A DNA stretch of 64,000 nucleotides from Ranitomeya imitator (Eukaryota). The DNA lies in NCBI RefSeq assembly GCF_032444005.1, contig NC_091283.1, positions 372,062,001 to 372,126,000 of the forward strand. Direction: 5' to 3'. Under the pieces are notes generated by a model that saw only the letters and a list, made by a program, of their open reading frames with translations, had not been told where the DNA came from and did no database searches. The position numbers and the translations under genes were made by a program. Each line of letters opens with the position of its first letter. The stretch's first letter is position 1. Below are positions 47,943-58,531 of the stretch, in pieces.

Positions 47943-50174
47943 TTTTTGAAATATTCTGTTATGCTCCCTGAACACATTTAATAAATTTGTTAAAAATTTG
48001 GCATTATATTCCCTTTGAGAGTGCGGTGAAATTTATATTTGGCTATTTACGGGACCATTCGGTCCGTTGCACCTGCACCCCAATTCTCTGACAGAGTGCA
48101 CGCTATATCTATCACTCTCTGTAGCCCAGGTCAGGCGCCTCTGCCGCTGTTTATGGTTCAAAAGTGGCTTTACCTGGGGAATGCGGCACCTGTAGCCCAT
48201 TTCCTGCACACGCCTGTGCACGGTGGCTCTGGATGTTTCCACACCAGACTCAGTCCACTGCTTCCTCAGGTTCCCCAAGGTCTGGAATCGGTCCTTCTCC
48301 ACAATCTTCCTCAGGGTCCGGTCTCCTCTTCTCGTTGTACAGCGTTTTCTGCCACATTGTTTCCTTCCAACAGACTTACCATTGAGGTGCCTTGATACAG
48401 CACTCTGGGAACAGCCTATTTGTTGAGAAATTTCTTTCTGGGTCTTACCCTCTTGCTTGAGGGTGTCAATGATGGCCTTCTTGACATCTGTCAGGTCGCT
48501 AGTCTTACCCATGATGGGGGTTTTGAGTAATGAACCAGGCAGGGAGTTTATAAAAGCCTCAGGTATCTTTTGCATGTGTTTACAGTTAATTAGTTGATTC
48601 AGAAGATTAGGGTAATAGGTCGTTTAGAGAACCTTTTCTTGATATGCTAATTTATTGAGACAGGTTTTTTGGGTTATCAGGAGTTGTATGCCAAAATCAT
48701 CAGTATTAAAACAATAAAAGACCTGACAAATTTCAGTTGGTGGATAATGAATCTATAATATATGAAAGTTTAATTGTAATCATTACATTATGGTAAATAA
48801 TGAAATTTAACACTATATGCTAATTTTTTGAGAAGGACCTGTATAAGACCACTATGTTGATTGCCTTGTGCATTTGCATCTGCACTAGTGTGGCATTAGC
48901 TTTTTCTCAGTAGCCATTGAGGCATTGATTGTTGTATGTCTGTTATTATCATTTGTTCCTTGGCTTTGATTTTCCTTAGGACCATATGGTACTGTGATAT
49001 CAGCGGGTTTATATATAGGCATGCACTGTATTTTTGATAGTGGGGATATGAGAGCACTTTACAGAGACTATTAGTATTTTATAGAGACTATTTGTATTAC
49101 ATGTATTGCTATACGGCTAAATTATAGGCCATCACGTTGTATATATCTATCTCTATTTTTGGGAGGGGAAGGGGATGTGGTTAGTCATTTTCCTTATATT
49201 AGGAAATGTCTGTTGTGCACGTTTGTTTTGTGCATTTGCATTTTTAAATGCTTTTAGTCTTGTTTTTTTTGTGTGATGTATTATGATTATTATTGTTATA
49301 TTTCTTCAATAAAAACTTTGTACTTTTTGGGAATTGTTTGAGGTGCTCCCATTTTTGTGGACATGATCTTTTCTTTCCTTGGTTACCTTTGTAGTTTTTC
49401 AGTCCATGGTGAGCCCCAACATCATTATTACATTCAGTGGTGCCCTCCGCTTTCTCTATTCTATTAAACAGAAATTAGACCACAGTGTAGATTTGGTGGA
49501 CCCTAGATGAAACCCTAAATGTTCTGCACAAGGATCTCAAGGCCTTTACTGATCATGGCACATCACGTAGAGGTTTTCACCACCTAATAGTTGGTTTACC
49601 ATGCCCCAATCTTTTCAGATTTTAATTTTCTGCTCAACCCCTTCAACCCCCTGCTCAACTCCTTTGTTACCTAGAAACTTGATTCTCATGGATAGAACAA
49701 TAGTTTTAGATTTTAACCCCGCTAGAGGGACTTGAACTTGCAATTATTTGACTTCTTACAGTAAAATAATAAAATGAATCATCTCTTATGAAGCCCGGCA
49801 TAGGTCTTGTGGGAGTGGGGGACTTCTGAGGGCCTTTGGCTGTCATGGAAAGCCATCCGCACTCTACAATCGTGTCCCATTGGGTCTTTTAGTGCTGGTT
49901 CAGATGTTCTGAATTGTGCTACTCATCTTAAACTTGAAGTTTGTATTTTTGTTATTTCCTCTCGTTGCTCTAAGAGCCATAACTTTTTTATTGTTCTGTC
50001 ACCATGGCCATTTGAGGGCTTTTTTTTTTTTTTTTTTTTAATGGAATGAGTTGTAGTTGGGACATGCAGCTTTACTAGCCAATGTACTGAAAAACGGTAA
50101 AAAAAAAATCCAAGTGTGGTGAAATTGAGAAAAATAAAAATTCCAACAATGTTTTTTGGGTTTTGCTAAGTCCA

Positions 50175-50290
50175 CTTAAATAGATATAGCGCAGCTGTGA
50201 GCCGAGAGTGGCCGGGTCCTGATGCGGTGTCCACCGCTGTCGGCGTGAAAGCCCCACTCTCAGCTCACAGCTGCGCTATATCTATTTAAG
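50175..50290. other. 37-bp-stem hairpin (1 mismatch, 42-nt loop)
   Basis: cttaaatagatatagcgcagctgtgagccgagagtgg (50175-50211) versus ccactctcagctcacagctgcgctatatctatttaag (50254-50290). Confidence 0.9.
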
Positions 50291-50347
50291 CGGACCACCA
50301 TTAAGTGATAACCCACGGATCTATCACACATACTGAGGTCATCCTTC

Positions 50348-50396
50348 AGTACGTAACTGACGAAGGCCACACTAGGCCGAAACGTTTTTTCGTACT
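50348..50396 (+). ncRNA. Minimal type-I hammerhead ribozyme motif with canonical core
   Basis: AGTACG-taa-CTGACGA-A-GGCC-acacta-GGCC-GAAACGTT-tttt-CGTACT: 6-bp stem I, 4-bp stem II, palindromic AACGTT stem III. Confidence 0.75.
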
Positions 50397-50509
50397 ACGG
50401 AATAAAAAACCTCAAGTTTAATTCAAGTTGAGTGCCGGGTTCTTGTAACAACTCTGCTGGCATCACGTCATGGCCTCACATCTCTCACACTATCTTACCC
50501 ACTGCTCCA

Positions 50510-51730
50510 GGTCATGATGTGGTTTCTGTTTCATGCCAGCTCCATGTTCTGTGTCTCTGCTCTGTGCATGCTTCATGGCTATGTGTATAGGGGGCCGGCG
50601 CCTGAACTCTCTGGTTCTTATAGGAATCAGGTGCATCTGTCTAATCAGTTCCTGACCAATTATCAAGAGGCCTCCTGTATATAGTGCAGCTCCACCCTGT
50701 GGTCTGGGCCTGTGCAACTTACTCCCTCAGTCAGTTCTTAGCTGCTGAGGTGCCAGGTCCTGTCTCGGTTACTCTTTCTTGTCTGCCACCCAGGGAGGCG
50801 TTGTACCCTGGTCTTGTCCTGTGTAGCCACCCAGAGGGGCATCATACCCTGGCTTGTGTCTGTCTCTGTGTCTTGTCTTGTTCCTGACTCTGTCTTAGTC
50901 TAGTCCTATTCCTCTGTCTGTTTATATCTGTCTTGGTTTGCCTTTTCTGCTCTGTTCGTCACTGTCTGTGGCTCTGCTTCTCTTTGCTCTGCACTCTGAC
51001 CTTGCTTTACACTCTGTGGCTTTGCTCTGTGGCTCCGCTCTTTGCGGTTCTACCTGGCTCCGCTCTTTGCGGTTCTACCTGGCTCCGCTCTTTGCGGTTC
51101 TACCTGGCTCCGCTCTTTGCGGTTCTACCTGGCTTCGCTCTTTGCGGTTCTACCTGGCTTCGCTCTTTGCGGTTCTACCTGGCTCCGCTTCCAGCGGCTC
51201 CGCTCTTGGCTCCGCCTCCAGCGGCTCCGCTCTTGGCTCCGCCTCTTGCGGCTCCGTCCTTGGCTTTGCCTTCTCCTTCTCTTAGTTCCACCTTCTACTC
51301 GTACTCAGCCTCCTGCATTTCTGTTCTTGGTTGTAGCTCTTGTGCTTTCTCTCTGCATCCGCTCTTGCGGTCTTTCTCTACTTGTTACTTAGTCCTCCTG
51401 TCTGAACAGGTTCCTACCTGTTTTACATACCTGCCTGCAGACCGGTCCCTACCGGTTCTTCCTATGTTCCAGCCATACCTGCCTGCCTACCAGAGAGCCA
51501 GTCGTGTCCGCCTGCCCGCCAGTGTTTGTTGTACCCGTCTGCCTGCCTGTGTCCCAGCCGTGCCCGCCTGTCAGCCAGTGTGCCAGCCGTGCCCGCTCCA
51601 TTCTTTAGTGGGATCAGCAGCCACAGCCAGACATCACCCTGGAGTGGCACCTGGTAGCTTCCTATTGCACAAGTCTGACCTCACCATCAGAGGCTCCAGC
51701 GAACACCTAGGAAGCTACTTAGTTACGCCT
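50510..51730 (+). mobile_element. Probable degenerate LTR-like repeat with a 25-bp minisatellite (about 6 copies, 51031-51185)
   Basis: Pyrimidine-rich, with tandem ggctccgctctttgcggttctacct units. Termini and TSD are not resolved. Confidence 0.35.
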
Positions 51731-51947
51731 AGTAAGTTTCCCTTACAACTACACCAACTCTTGAGGGACTACAGGTCCTAGAACAACATTACATCAGACT
51801 TACCACGCAGACTCCCTCTGCGACACATATCGGCCATTCACAATTCTGCCAGTCACTGTTTCACCACCATTATAACAACAGATATGCATCCATGCACATC
51901 CCAAGGAGCACACACAGCGCCCCCTAGCTGCCACAGGGGTCACTGCA

Positions 51948-52765
51948 TCACAACTGGTATATGTTTTGTTTTTCTACCTGTGAAGAACATAAATCTGTAT
52001 CAAAAAGAAAATACTTTTCCCCTGTGTGATTACTCTTATGTCTTACAAGATGGGGTCTCTGGTTAAAAGATTTACCACATTCTGAACATGAAAATGGCTT
52101 CTCCCCTGTGTGAATTTTATGATGTCTAAGAAGATGTGTTTTTGTCGTGAAACATTTGCCACATTCTGAACATGTAAATGGTTTCACGCCTGTGTGAATT
52201 CTCTGATGTATAACAAGATGTGATTTCACGATAAAACATTTCCCACATTCTGAACATGAAAATGGCTTCACCCCCGTGTGAATTCTCTGATGTCTAACAA
52301 GATGTGTTTTTGTCATGAAACATTTACCACATTCTGAACATGGAAATGGTTTCACCCCTGTGTGATGACTTTGATGTGAAACAAGATGTGACTTCTGGAT
52401 AAAACCTTTCCCACATTCTAAACATAAAAATGTCTTCTGTTCTGTGTGAATTCTCTGATGTCTGACAAGATGTGATTTCTTGGTAAAACATTTCCCACAA
52501 TATGAGCATGAGAATGGCTTCACCTCTTTGTGATGCTTCTCATGTTTAGCAAGATTTGATTTATGTGTAAACCTTTTGCCACATTTTATACATGAAAATG
52601 GCTTCTCCACTATATGAACTTTTTGGTGGTCAAATTTCTTCCTTTTATTTTTCTTAATATTGTGTGATGCGTCAAAAGATAGACGTTCTTGAAAAGGATC
52701 AGATGATAGATCTTTCATGTGTACTGAAGACATCACATGTCCCTCTGAGCTTCTGAAATAGTCAC
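51948..52765 (-). CDS. Gene B last exon: spacer plus 7 C2H2 fingers
   Basis: Within ORF 51948-52931. Acceptor ttttatttttggcAG ends at 52766. Confidence 0.96.
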
Positions 52766-54630
52766 CTGCCAAAAATAAAACCGAGTTGAAGCTAATAATG
52801 TTAGGATGAGGGTGTCTGTCAGTAAAATCAACCCTAGTAAAGCATCTGTATGGGTATACAGGATATAAAAAGTTTAGTAAAATTATACCTTTGATATCTG
52901 CGATCTGATGTTTTACTCCAGAGAAATGCACATTTTTCTCAATATGAAAATGAGCTGTTAAAATCTCTGAGACTCCGCTTCCAGAGCTTATTTTAAATTA
53001 AAGGGGTGTTAACAGTGTGAGCCATGTAATGACTGACAGTCTGCTCTCCTGATCTACATGTCTCACACTGGTAATGTGGATATCTATGTCCAACCCATAT
53101 ATCTTAACAGCTCATTTACAATTTTAAGAATAACTGGGAAAAAAAGACATCAGATCACATGTATTAAAGCATTGTCTTTCAGCCCTGGAGTGTTGCTTTA
53201 AATGTAATCCCCCTACCCCCATTCTTGTACTCACCTCCTGGAGGCTTCACCTTTTACTCATGCTGCTCAGGTCCTGATATGCTATCTTGTGCCTGTAACT
53301 TCTGAGTGGTTGTAAGTCAGAAGTTACGTCACAAGAGCTCAATGCAAGTCTATCGGAGACAGAAAGAGGCTTTCAGATGTACTGAAAAGTGACCTCCGGC
53401 TTGCTCCATGATACACGGGAGCGACGCTGGAACAGGATGAAGACAGCAGCAGGTAATTGTGAGACGGGGCAGGGGAATTACGTTTAAAGCACCACTCCAG
53501 GGGTGCAATAAAATAAAAATGATGGAGTGGTGCTTTAACAACTTCTCTGCATTTAGTGGTTCCTACTCACCTGGGTAGTCATCCGTAGGAATCTCCTCTT
53601 TACACCGCTCATCACCCCTCACATATGTCTCTGTAGTATTAATATGGGTCAGATCTTCACCCTGAAACAAATATTGTACAAGTCACAGACAGATGGAGAA
53701 GTCACATCTATGATCAGCTCTAATCCTGCCATCTCCACCGTTCTCATTACACAAGTATAAAACATATAATACTGGTGGATAAAACAAGACTGAGCACAAG
53801 ACCTTCACAGCTGTCTACACATCATAGGGGAGATCTCATGACACCTTTCCACCTACCTGACGATATTGAGGAATATTGGAATTTTCTTCTTTACAGTCCT
53901 GTGAAAGAAGAGGACGAGGACATCTCTCTGGTGTTGTCCTCTTACTGGATACAACTGAAGGAAACAGATACAGGGCCTGAATTCATTCTTTACATACAGA
54001 TAATTATAGGCCATATGTATTAAGTCCTGTCTATTACCTGGTGATGTGAGGGGCTGGGGAACCTCCATCATGACATCCTTGTACAGATCTTTGTGTCCTT
54101 CTAAATACTCCCACTCCTCCATGGAGAAATAGATGGTGATGTCCTGACACCTTATAGGAACCTAGCACATACAATGATACCGTCATCCCCCTATCCCTTC
54201 ATAGCATTACTGTATAATGTCCCAGAATTCCCAGCAGCATCACCTCTCCAGTCAGCAGCTCAATCATCTTGTAGGTGAGTTCTAGGATCTTCTGGTCATC
54301 AATCTCCTCATGTATCAGGGGGTGAGGTGGAGGCCCCGTGATTGGACTCAGGGGTCTTCCCCATCCCTCACACACAGGGTCCTGACAGCTCTCACTAGAG
54401 GTCTTCTTCACCACTGTGTAATCCTGGTTATGGAGAGACACATTAATAAATCTCACTACAGACATTTCCAGAGTCCTCACCTTTCCAGTTCTGTCCATCT
54501 GTTATTCCCATAGATAAGAATGATGTAATGTGACGTCATCAGAACCCCTCACCTCTCCAGTAAGCCGGAAGAGGATCTCTAGAGTGAGGTTCAATATCTT
54601 CTCCACCATCTTTTCTCTGTCCCTATCCAT
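51948..54630 (-). CDS. FAX/KRAB-like C2H2 zinc-finger protein, gene B (paralog of gene A), 462 aa, 7 fingers
   Basis: Six GT-AG coding exons: 54630-54553, 54423-54244, 54161-54038, 53954-53857, 53661-53571, 52765-51948. They sum to 1389 nt (463 codons) with phases 0,0,1,0,1. [26 protein letters not shown] / DYTVVKK / [33 protein letters not shown] / [15 protein letters not shown] / [25 protein letters not shown] / fingers. Confidence 0.92.
53168..53534. mobile_element. TTAA-flanked MITE (Kolobok/T2-like) in the last intron of gene B
   Basis: TTAA at 53164-67 and 53535-38. Inverted repeats ccctggagtgttgctttaaa / tttaaagcaccactccaggg near both ends. Confidence 0.5.
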
Positions 54631-55067
54631 CCTTGAAGGGTATATCAGGAAAATTCTCTTATATAGAAGATCTCCACTGAGAGAATCCAATATTGTAGGG
54701 ACCTGAATGTAGAGAAGATGATGATGTAACATCATAAATATCCCATGTAATAATACAATTACTGAAGATATTGAGGAGACAAAATGTGTAGATGTGATAT
54801 TCTTTCTTTTTTTTATGGAATGGAGCATGAGTGTAATATATTATTAAGGCAGCTCCTCTATGTCTGAAGTTAATGAATGTTGTACCTTCACAAGATGATA
54901 TTGAGGGCAGTTTCTATTTGGACCAATTTTTATCAGACATAAATCGAAGAAATTGAGTCAGCTGAATTGATCTCGAGATTTTAAGACATTGGCTTATCTG
55001 TATTAATAATCATTACCAGACAGCAAAACTAAAATCATGGTAGTACAAAAGCTATTAAAGGAAGTGG

Positions 55068-55740
55068 TGTCATGGGGTTACCGGGACAGTGTGGTGCCAG
55101 AAGACCGCAGTATCTGATTGCTCCTACTTCGGCACTGAGAAAAAGCACTTTTCTTTCATTTTAAATGTGTTTATTGCTTCTGGCAGAACAGGGGTTAATT
55201 GGCCATGTTGGAAATCCCTGTGCTCTCAGCTGAGCTCAGTTAGCCACTCCTTTCCCCTTTATAATCTGGGCAGTTACAAATCCTTGTCAGAGCTAGCTTT
55301 TGCTGCAGGGCTAATGGAGGGAGAGGAGTTCTTATGAGAAGCAGAGGTAGAGGAGTTATCTGTGACTGTTGCTTGGTTTGTATGTGTGGTGATTCCCTAT
55401 CCTTCTCTATTTTGGTTTATTCCCCTACCTCCACGCCCAGGTGCAGTCCTCTGTTATATGTGAGTGAATATTTTATATGCCTGGAGTTTTCTGTTAACCT
55501 TGTTTGTGTTGCCTTGTTTGTTGGTTTGGTGTACTACGGTGCACAGTAGCGCCCCTTGTCCCTGTTGTGGGGGAAGAGAACAGACAGAGGGCTAGCTCAG
55601 GGAATAAGGCAAGGGTGGAGACCCCAGCATCTTCACCTTCAGAAGTATCCCGGGGAGTAGGACAAGCTAAGGCACCCAGTAGTGTTAGAAACAGTAAAGG
55701 AGTACCTGGTCCCAGGTCACCTTACAGCTGTGTCATGACA
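55068..55740 (+). mobile_element. Solo LTR (673 bp) upstream of gene B's first coding exon
   Basis: TGTCATG...CATGACA perfect 7-bp terminal inverted repeat. Flanks AGTGG / GGTGG (4 of 5 match). Confidence 0.7.
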
Positions 55741-56692
55741 GGTGGTTTATAGTGCAAAATCCAACTGCAACAAAAACAGTTTATCCTTTAGACAGTTTCA
55801 GAAATCTTCCAAAACAGTTTTTGGATTTAGATTTTTAGCCATAAGTTTCTGTTTCAGAGGAAAATCCACAATCCAGTCCTATAATCTGCCGTATCTTTTG
55901 TTTTTTTCCCATATTTTGCTCCACAATTTTCACCTCTAGAATAAATTTCCTCATTACAGGACCAACGCTACAGCCATTTCATGGGAAATCCCTTTATTCT
56001 AAACCTAGGGAGCACAACCTTCTTTGGTCCAAGTGTTATTTTGGGTGATGGTGAACTGACCAGCAAGAGCACTGTGTTGGTCTCACTTGGTGCTAGCCTT
56101 CGCACTGCCGCGCACCCTTGAGGGCCAAGTTTACTCTTTAACTGCCTCCTGGTCCTAGCAAGGGGGAACTTTAGCAGAGACCTTCCCAGAGGGCGAGCAG
56201 CACATCAGCTGGTGACCGGACACAGAAACAGCTATTTTTTTTACAGTGGTAGTTACATTAATACATTACAGAACCAAATTTTGAGTATTTGAGAAGGATT
56301 TGGAGAGTTTCCGCTCAGTTTCTACTCCAAGAAAACAGTGTGTAAAAAAGCAGAAAGCAGGTAAATCCTCCTCAATCTCAAATCTCTATGTTTTGAAACT
56401 TTTTAAAGTGTGGCATAGCCAAGAAAAACGTTATGGATTGTGTGAGACAGTGAGCATATGTGAGGGACGTTGTGTATCCCCTAGGATGCGCATAGAGGCA
56501 CATTAAGACTACTGGAGGGCAGCTGTGTTTACAATAATAAATAAAAGTGTGGACTTGGTCATGCTATTTGACCAGGTCAGATTTAGGAAAACATGGGCTT
56601 TTATTTTAGGAAAGACCTATAGGATTGGTAGTGTGTTTTGGGAGTGGAACATGTCCCCACGATTCCCATTTACACTTTCAATTTAGGTCTGG

Positions 56693-57410
56693 TTTTGTCA
56701 GTTTTTGAAAATTCAGCAGAAAAAAAGGCAGCAAAACTTACCTGCCCAGGCCTTAGAACAAATGCACTACAGAATACAGCCAGCCCATATAGCAAGATGT
56801 TTGCAACACAGGTGCAAAATACTAAATGAACAGCCACTCACCACATACCCATTCATGGAGGGGGTGACTGCTTAGTATACATTTGCGCACTAAAGGCCAG
56901 TATAGGGCGCTGTTCACATGAAGAACATGCATAGTGACTTGGTACTCAGCCTATTTGTCATGCCCTTACTATTCGATTAGGCGGGCTGGCCAGCACTCTC
57001 TCAATGCATCCCAATGTGAATACACCCGTACACAAGATCAAACGTACTGGGTTTGGCTGCACCCTGAAAAATATAGTGCACAAAATACATATAAATAGTG
57101 AGGCATTGGTCGATATTTTGGCCAAAATATGGAAGCTCGCAACCCGCGCCAAAGGTCCTCACGCTTGCGAGTCCTATCACTAAACTAAAAGCACAGCCAC
57201 AAAGAGAATTAAAATCCTCCTAGGCTGAGAACCAGTCACCCCCTCCATGAATGGGTACGTGGTGAGTGGCTGTCCATTTAGTATTTTGCACTCGTGTTGC
57301 CAACATCTTGCTGTATGGGCTGGCTGCACCCTGTAGTGCATTTGTTCTAATACCTGGGTAGGTAAGTTTTGCTGTCTTTTTTTCTGCTGGATTTTTGAAT
57401 TTTTGGAGGA
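56693..57410. repeat. Diverged inverted repeat (about 175-bp arms, about 360-bp spacer)
   Basis: 56693-56870 is the approximate reverse complement of 57234-57410 (e.g. cattcatggagggggtgactg / cagtcaccccctccatgaatg). Confidence 0.75.
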
Positions 57411-58399
57411 TTTTAATTCTCTTTGTGGCTTTGCTTTTAGTTTTGTGTCAGTTTTTGGTTTGCAAGCAGCAGAGTAGAAAGCTCTATGCAAAACAGTTCT
57501 GTAGGAGTCTGAACACAGGCCAAAGCCACTGACACACACACGACTGATATGGTGGTGCAGTCGCCCACGGCAACAGAGTGTTAATGACTGTGATGGAGAA
57601 TCTGGTAAGTTGCCAAAGTAAAATTTTTTGCGCCAACGGCCGCCATCTTCTCTGTTGTGAATTCTGTGGCTGAGTTCACTTCTGTGGTCACAAGTGGTAT
57701 TGCAGTCTCTGGGCTTCCTCCCTCAGGTGTTTTGGTGAGCTCGTTGGCTGCCTTGCTATTTAGCTCCACCTGAGTCTGTCTTCCTTGCTCCTTGTCAATG
57801 TTCCAGTGTTGGATCTGAGCTACTGCATCTTTCCTTGGGCCTGCTGCTCTGCTAGATAAGTGCTTCTAGTTTGATTTCTGTTTTTTCTGTCCAGCTTGCT
57901 ATTAACTTTTGCTGGAAGCTCTGAGAAGCAAAGGGGTGCACCGCCGTGCTGTTAGTTCGGCACGGTGGGTCTTTTGCCCCTTTGCGTGGTTTTCGTTTTA
58001 GGGTTTTTTGTAGACTGCATAGTTCTCTTTGCTATCCTCGCTCTGTCTAGAATATCGGGCCTCACTTTGCTGAATCTATTTCATTCCTACGTTTGTCTTT
58101 TCATCTTGCTAACAGTCATTATATGTGGGGGGCTGCCTATTCCTTTGGGGTATTTCTCTGAGGTAAGTCAGGCTTGTATTTCTATCTTCAGGCTAGTCAG
58201 CTCCTCAGGCAGTGCCGAGTTGCATAGGTAGTGATAGGCGCAATCCACTGCTGCTTCCAGTTGTGTGAGGATAGATCAGGTACTGCAGTCTACAGAGATT
58301 CCACGTCTCAGAGCTCGTCCTATTGTTTTGGGTTATTGCCAGATCTCTGTATGTGCGCTGATTACTGCACGCTGTGTTGCCTGATTGCCAGCCATAACA

Positions 58400-58411
58400 G
58401 TACAAGGAGCC
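58400..58411 (+). promoter_or_regulatory. Non-tRNA primer-binding site (candidate self-priming site)
   Basis: GTACAAGGAGCC has no TGG. ACAAGGAGC (58402-58410) is the exact complement of GCTCCTTGT (57787-57795), 30 nt after TATTTA (57757). Confidence 0.6.
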
Positions 58412-58531
58412 TCACCAATGATTTCCAATAGAGGGAAAAAAGAAATCCTGACATCATTTTTTTTTCTTAGCTCTGTCTTCAGTCTTTTTTTTCCCCTAGA
58501 CATTAGAGTGCTTCAGGACACAGCTGTGGAC

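Larger units (their letters stand above)
44948..48115 (-). mobile_element. Penelope-like element PLE-B (3168 bp), 5'-truncated with an inverted copy of its 3' end
   Basis: 14-bp TSD TCTCTGTAGCCCAG at 44934-44947 and 48116-48129. 44948-45113 is the reverse complement of 47873-48038. Confidence 0.93.
44326..48512 (-). pseudogene. Tc1 DD34E transposase (334 aa when rejoined), interrupted by PLE-B
   Basis: 48512-48116 encodes MGKTSDL...paired-like HTH, GRKR...RRLTWATE. 44933-44326 continues KQHWTVAKWSQVLFSDESKF...FQHD...SPDLNPIE...TKY*. 397+608 = 1005 nt with no stop, and 34 residues between the second D and E. Confidence 0.93.
27961..48841 (-). mobile_element. Tc1 (IR/DR type) DNA transposon, about 1.61 kb after removing two nested insertions
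   Basis: About 200-bp TIRs starting CAGGTCCTTCTCAAAAAATTAGCATAT, with an inner direct repeat ctcaataaattagcatat. TA at 27959-60 and 48842-43. The left TIR is split at 28029/44109 by the hAT. Confidence 0.95.
24137..49463 (+). mobile_element. Penelope-like element PLE-A (about 4.4 kb of own sequence: 24137-27960 plus 48844-49463), host of the nested insertions
   Basis: 13-bp TSD TTAAACAGAAATT at 24124-24136 and 49464-49476. RT plus GIY-YIG ORF, and a long 3' UTR split by the Tc1. Confidence 0.85.

Noticed and set aside
50933-51781. 282-aa ORF and overlapping ORFs
   Set aside because: Low-complexity products of a 25-bp repeat in pyrimidine-rich repeat DNA, with no recognisable domain.
51948-52931. 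ORF start MHFSGVK as the start of gene B
   Set aside because: 52766-52931 is intron read-through. The acceptor at 52766 matches gene A's exon boundary and phase.
58385-58531. First 49 codons of the 1442-aa ORF
   Set aside because: They start inside the LTR at a non-ATG codon and cross the PBS and T-rich leader, so this is probably 5' UTR. MDIQAL at 58532 is the likelier start.
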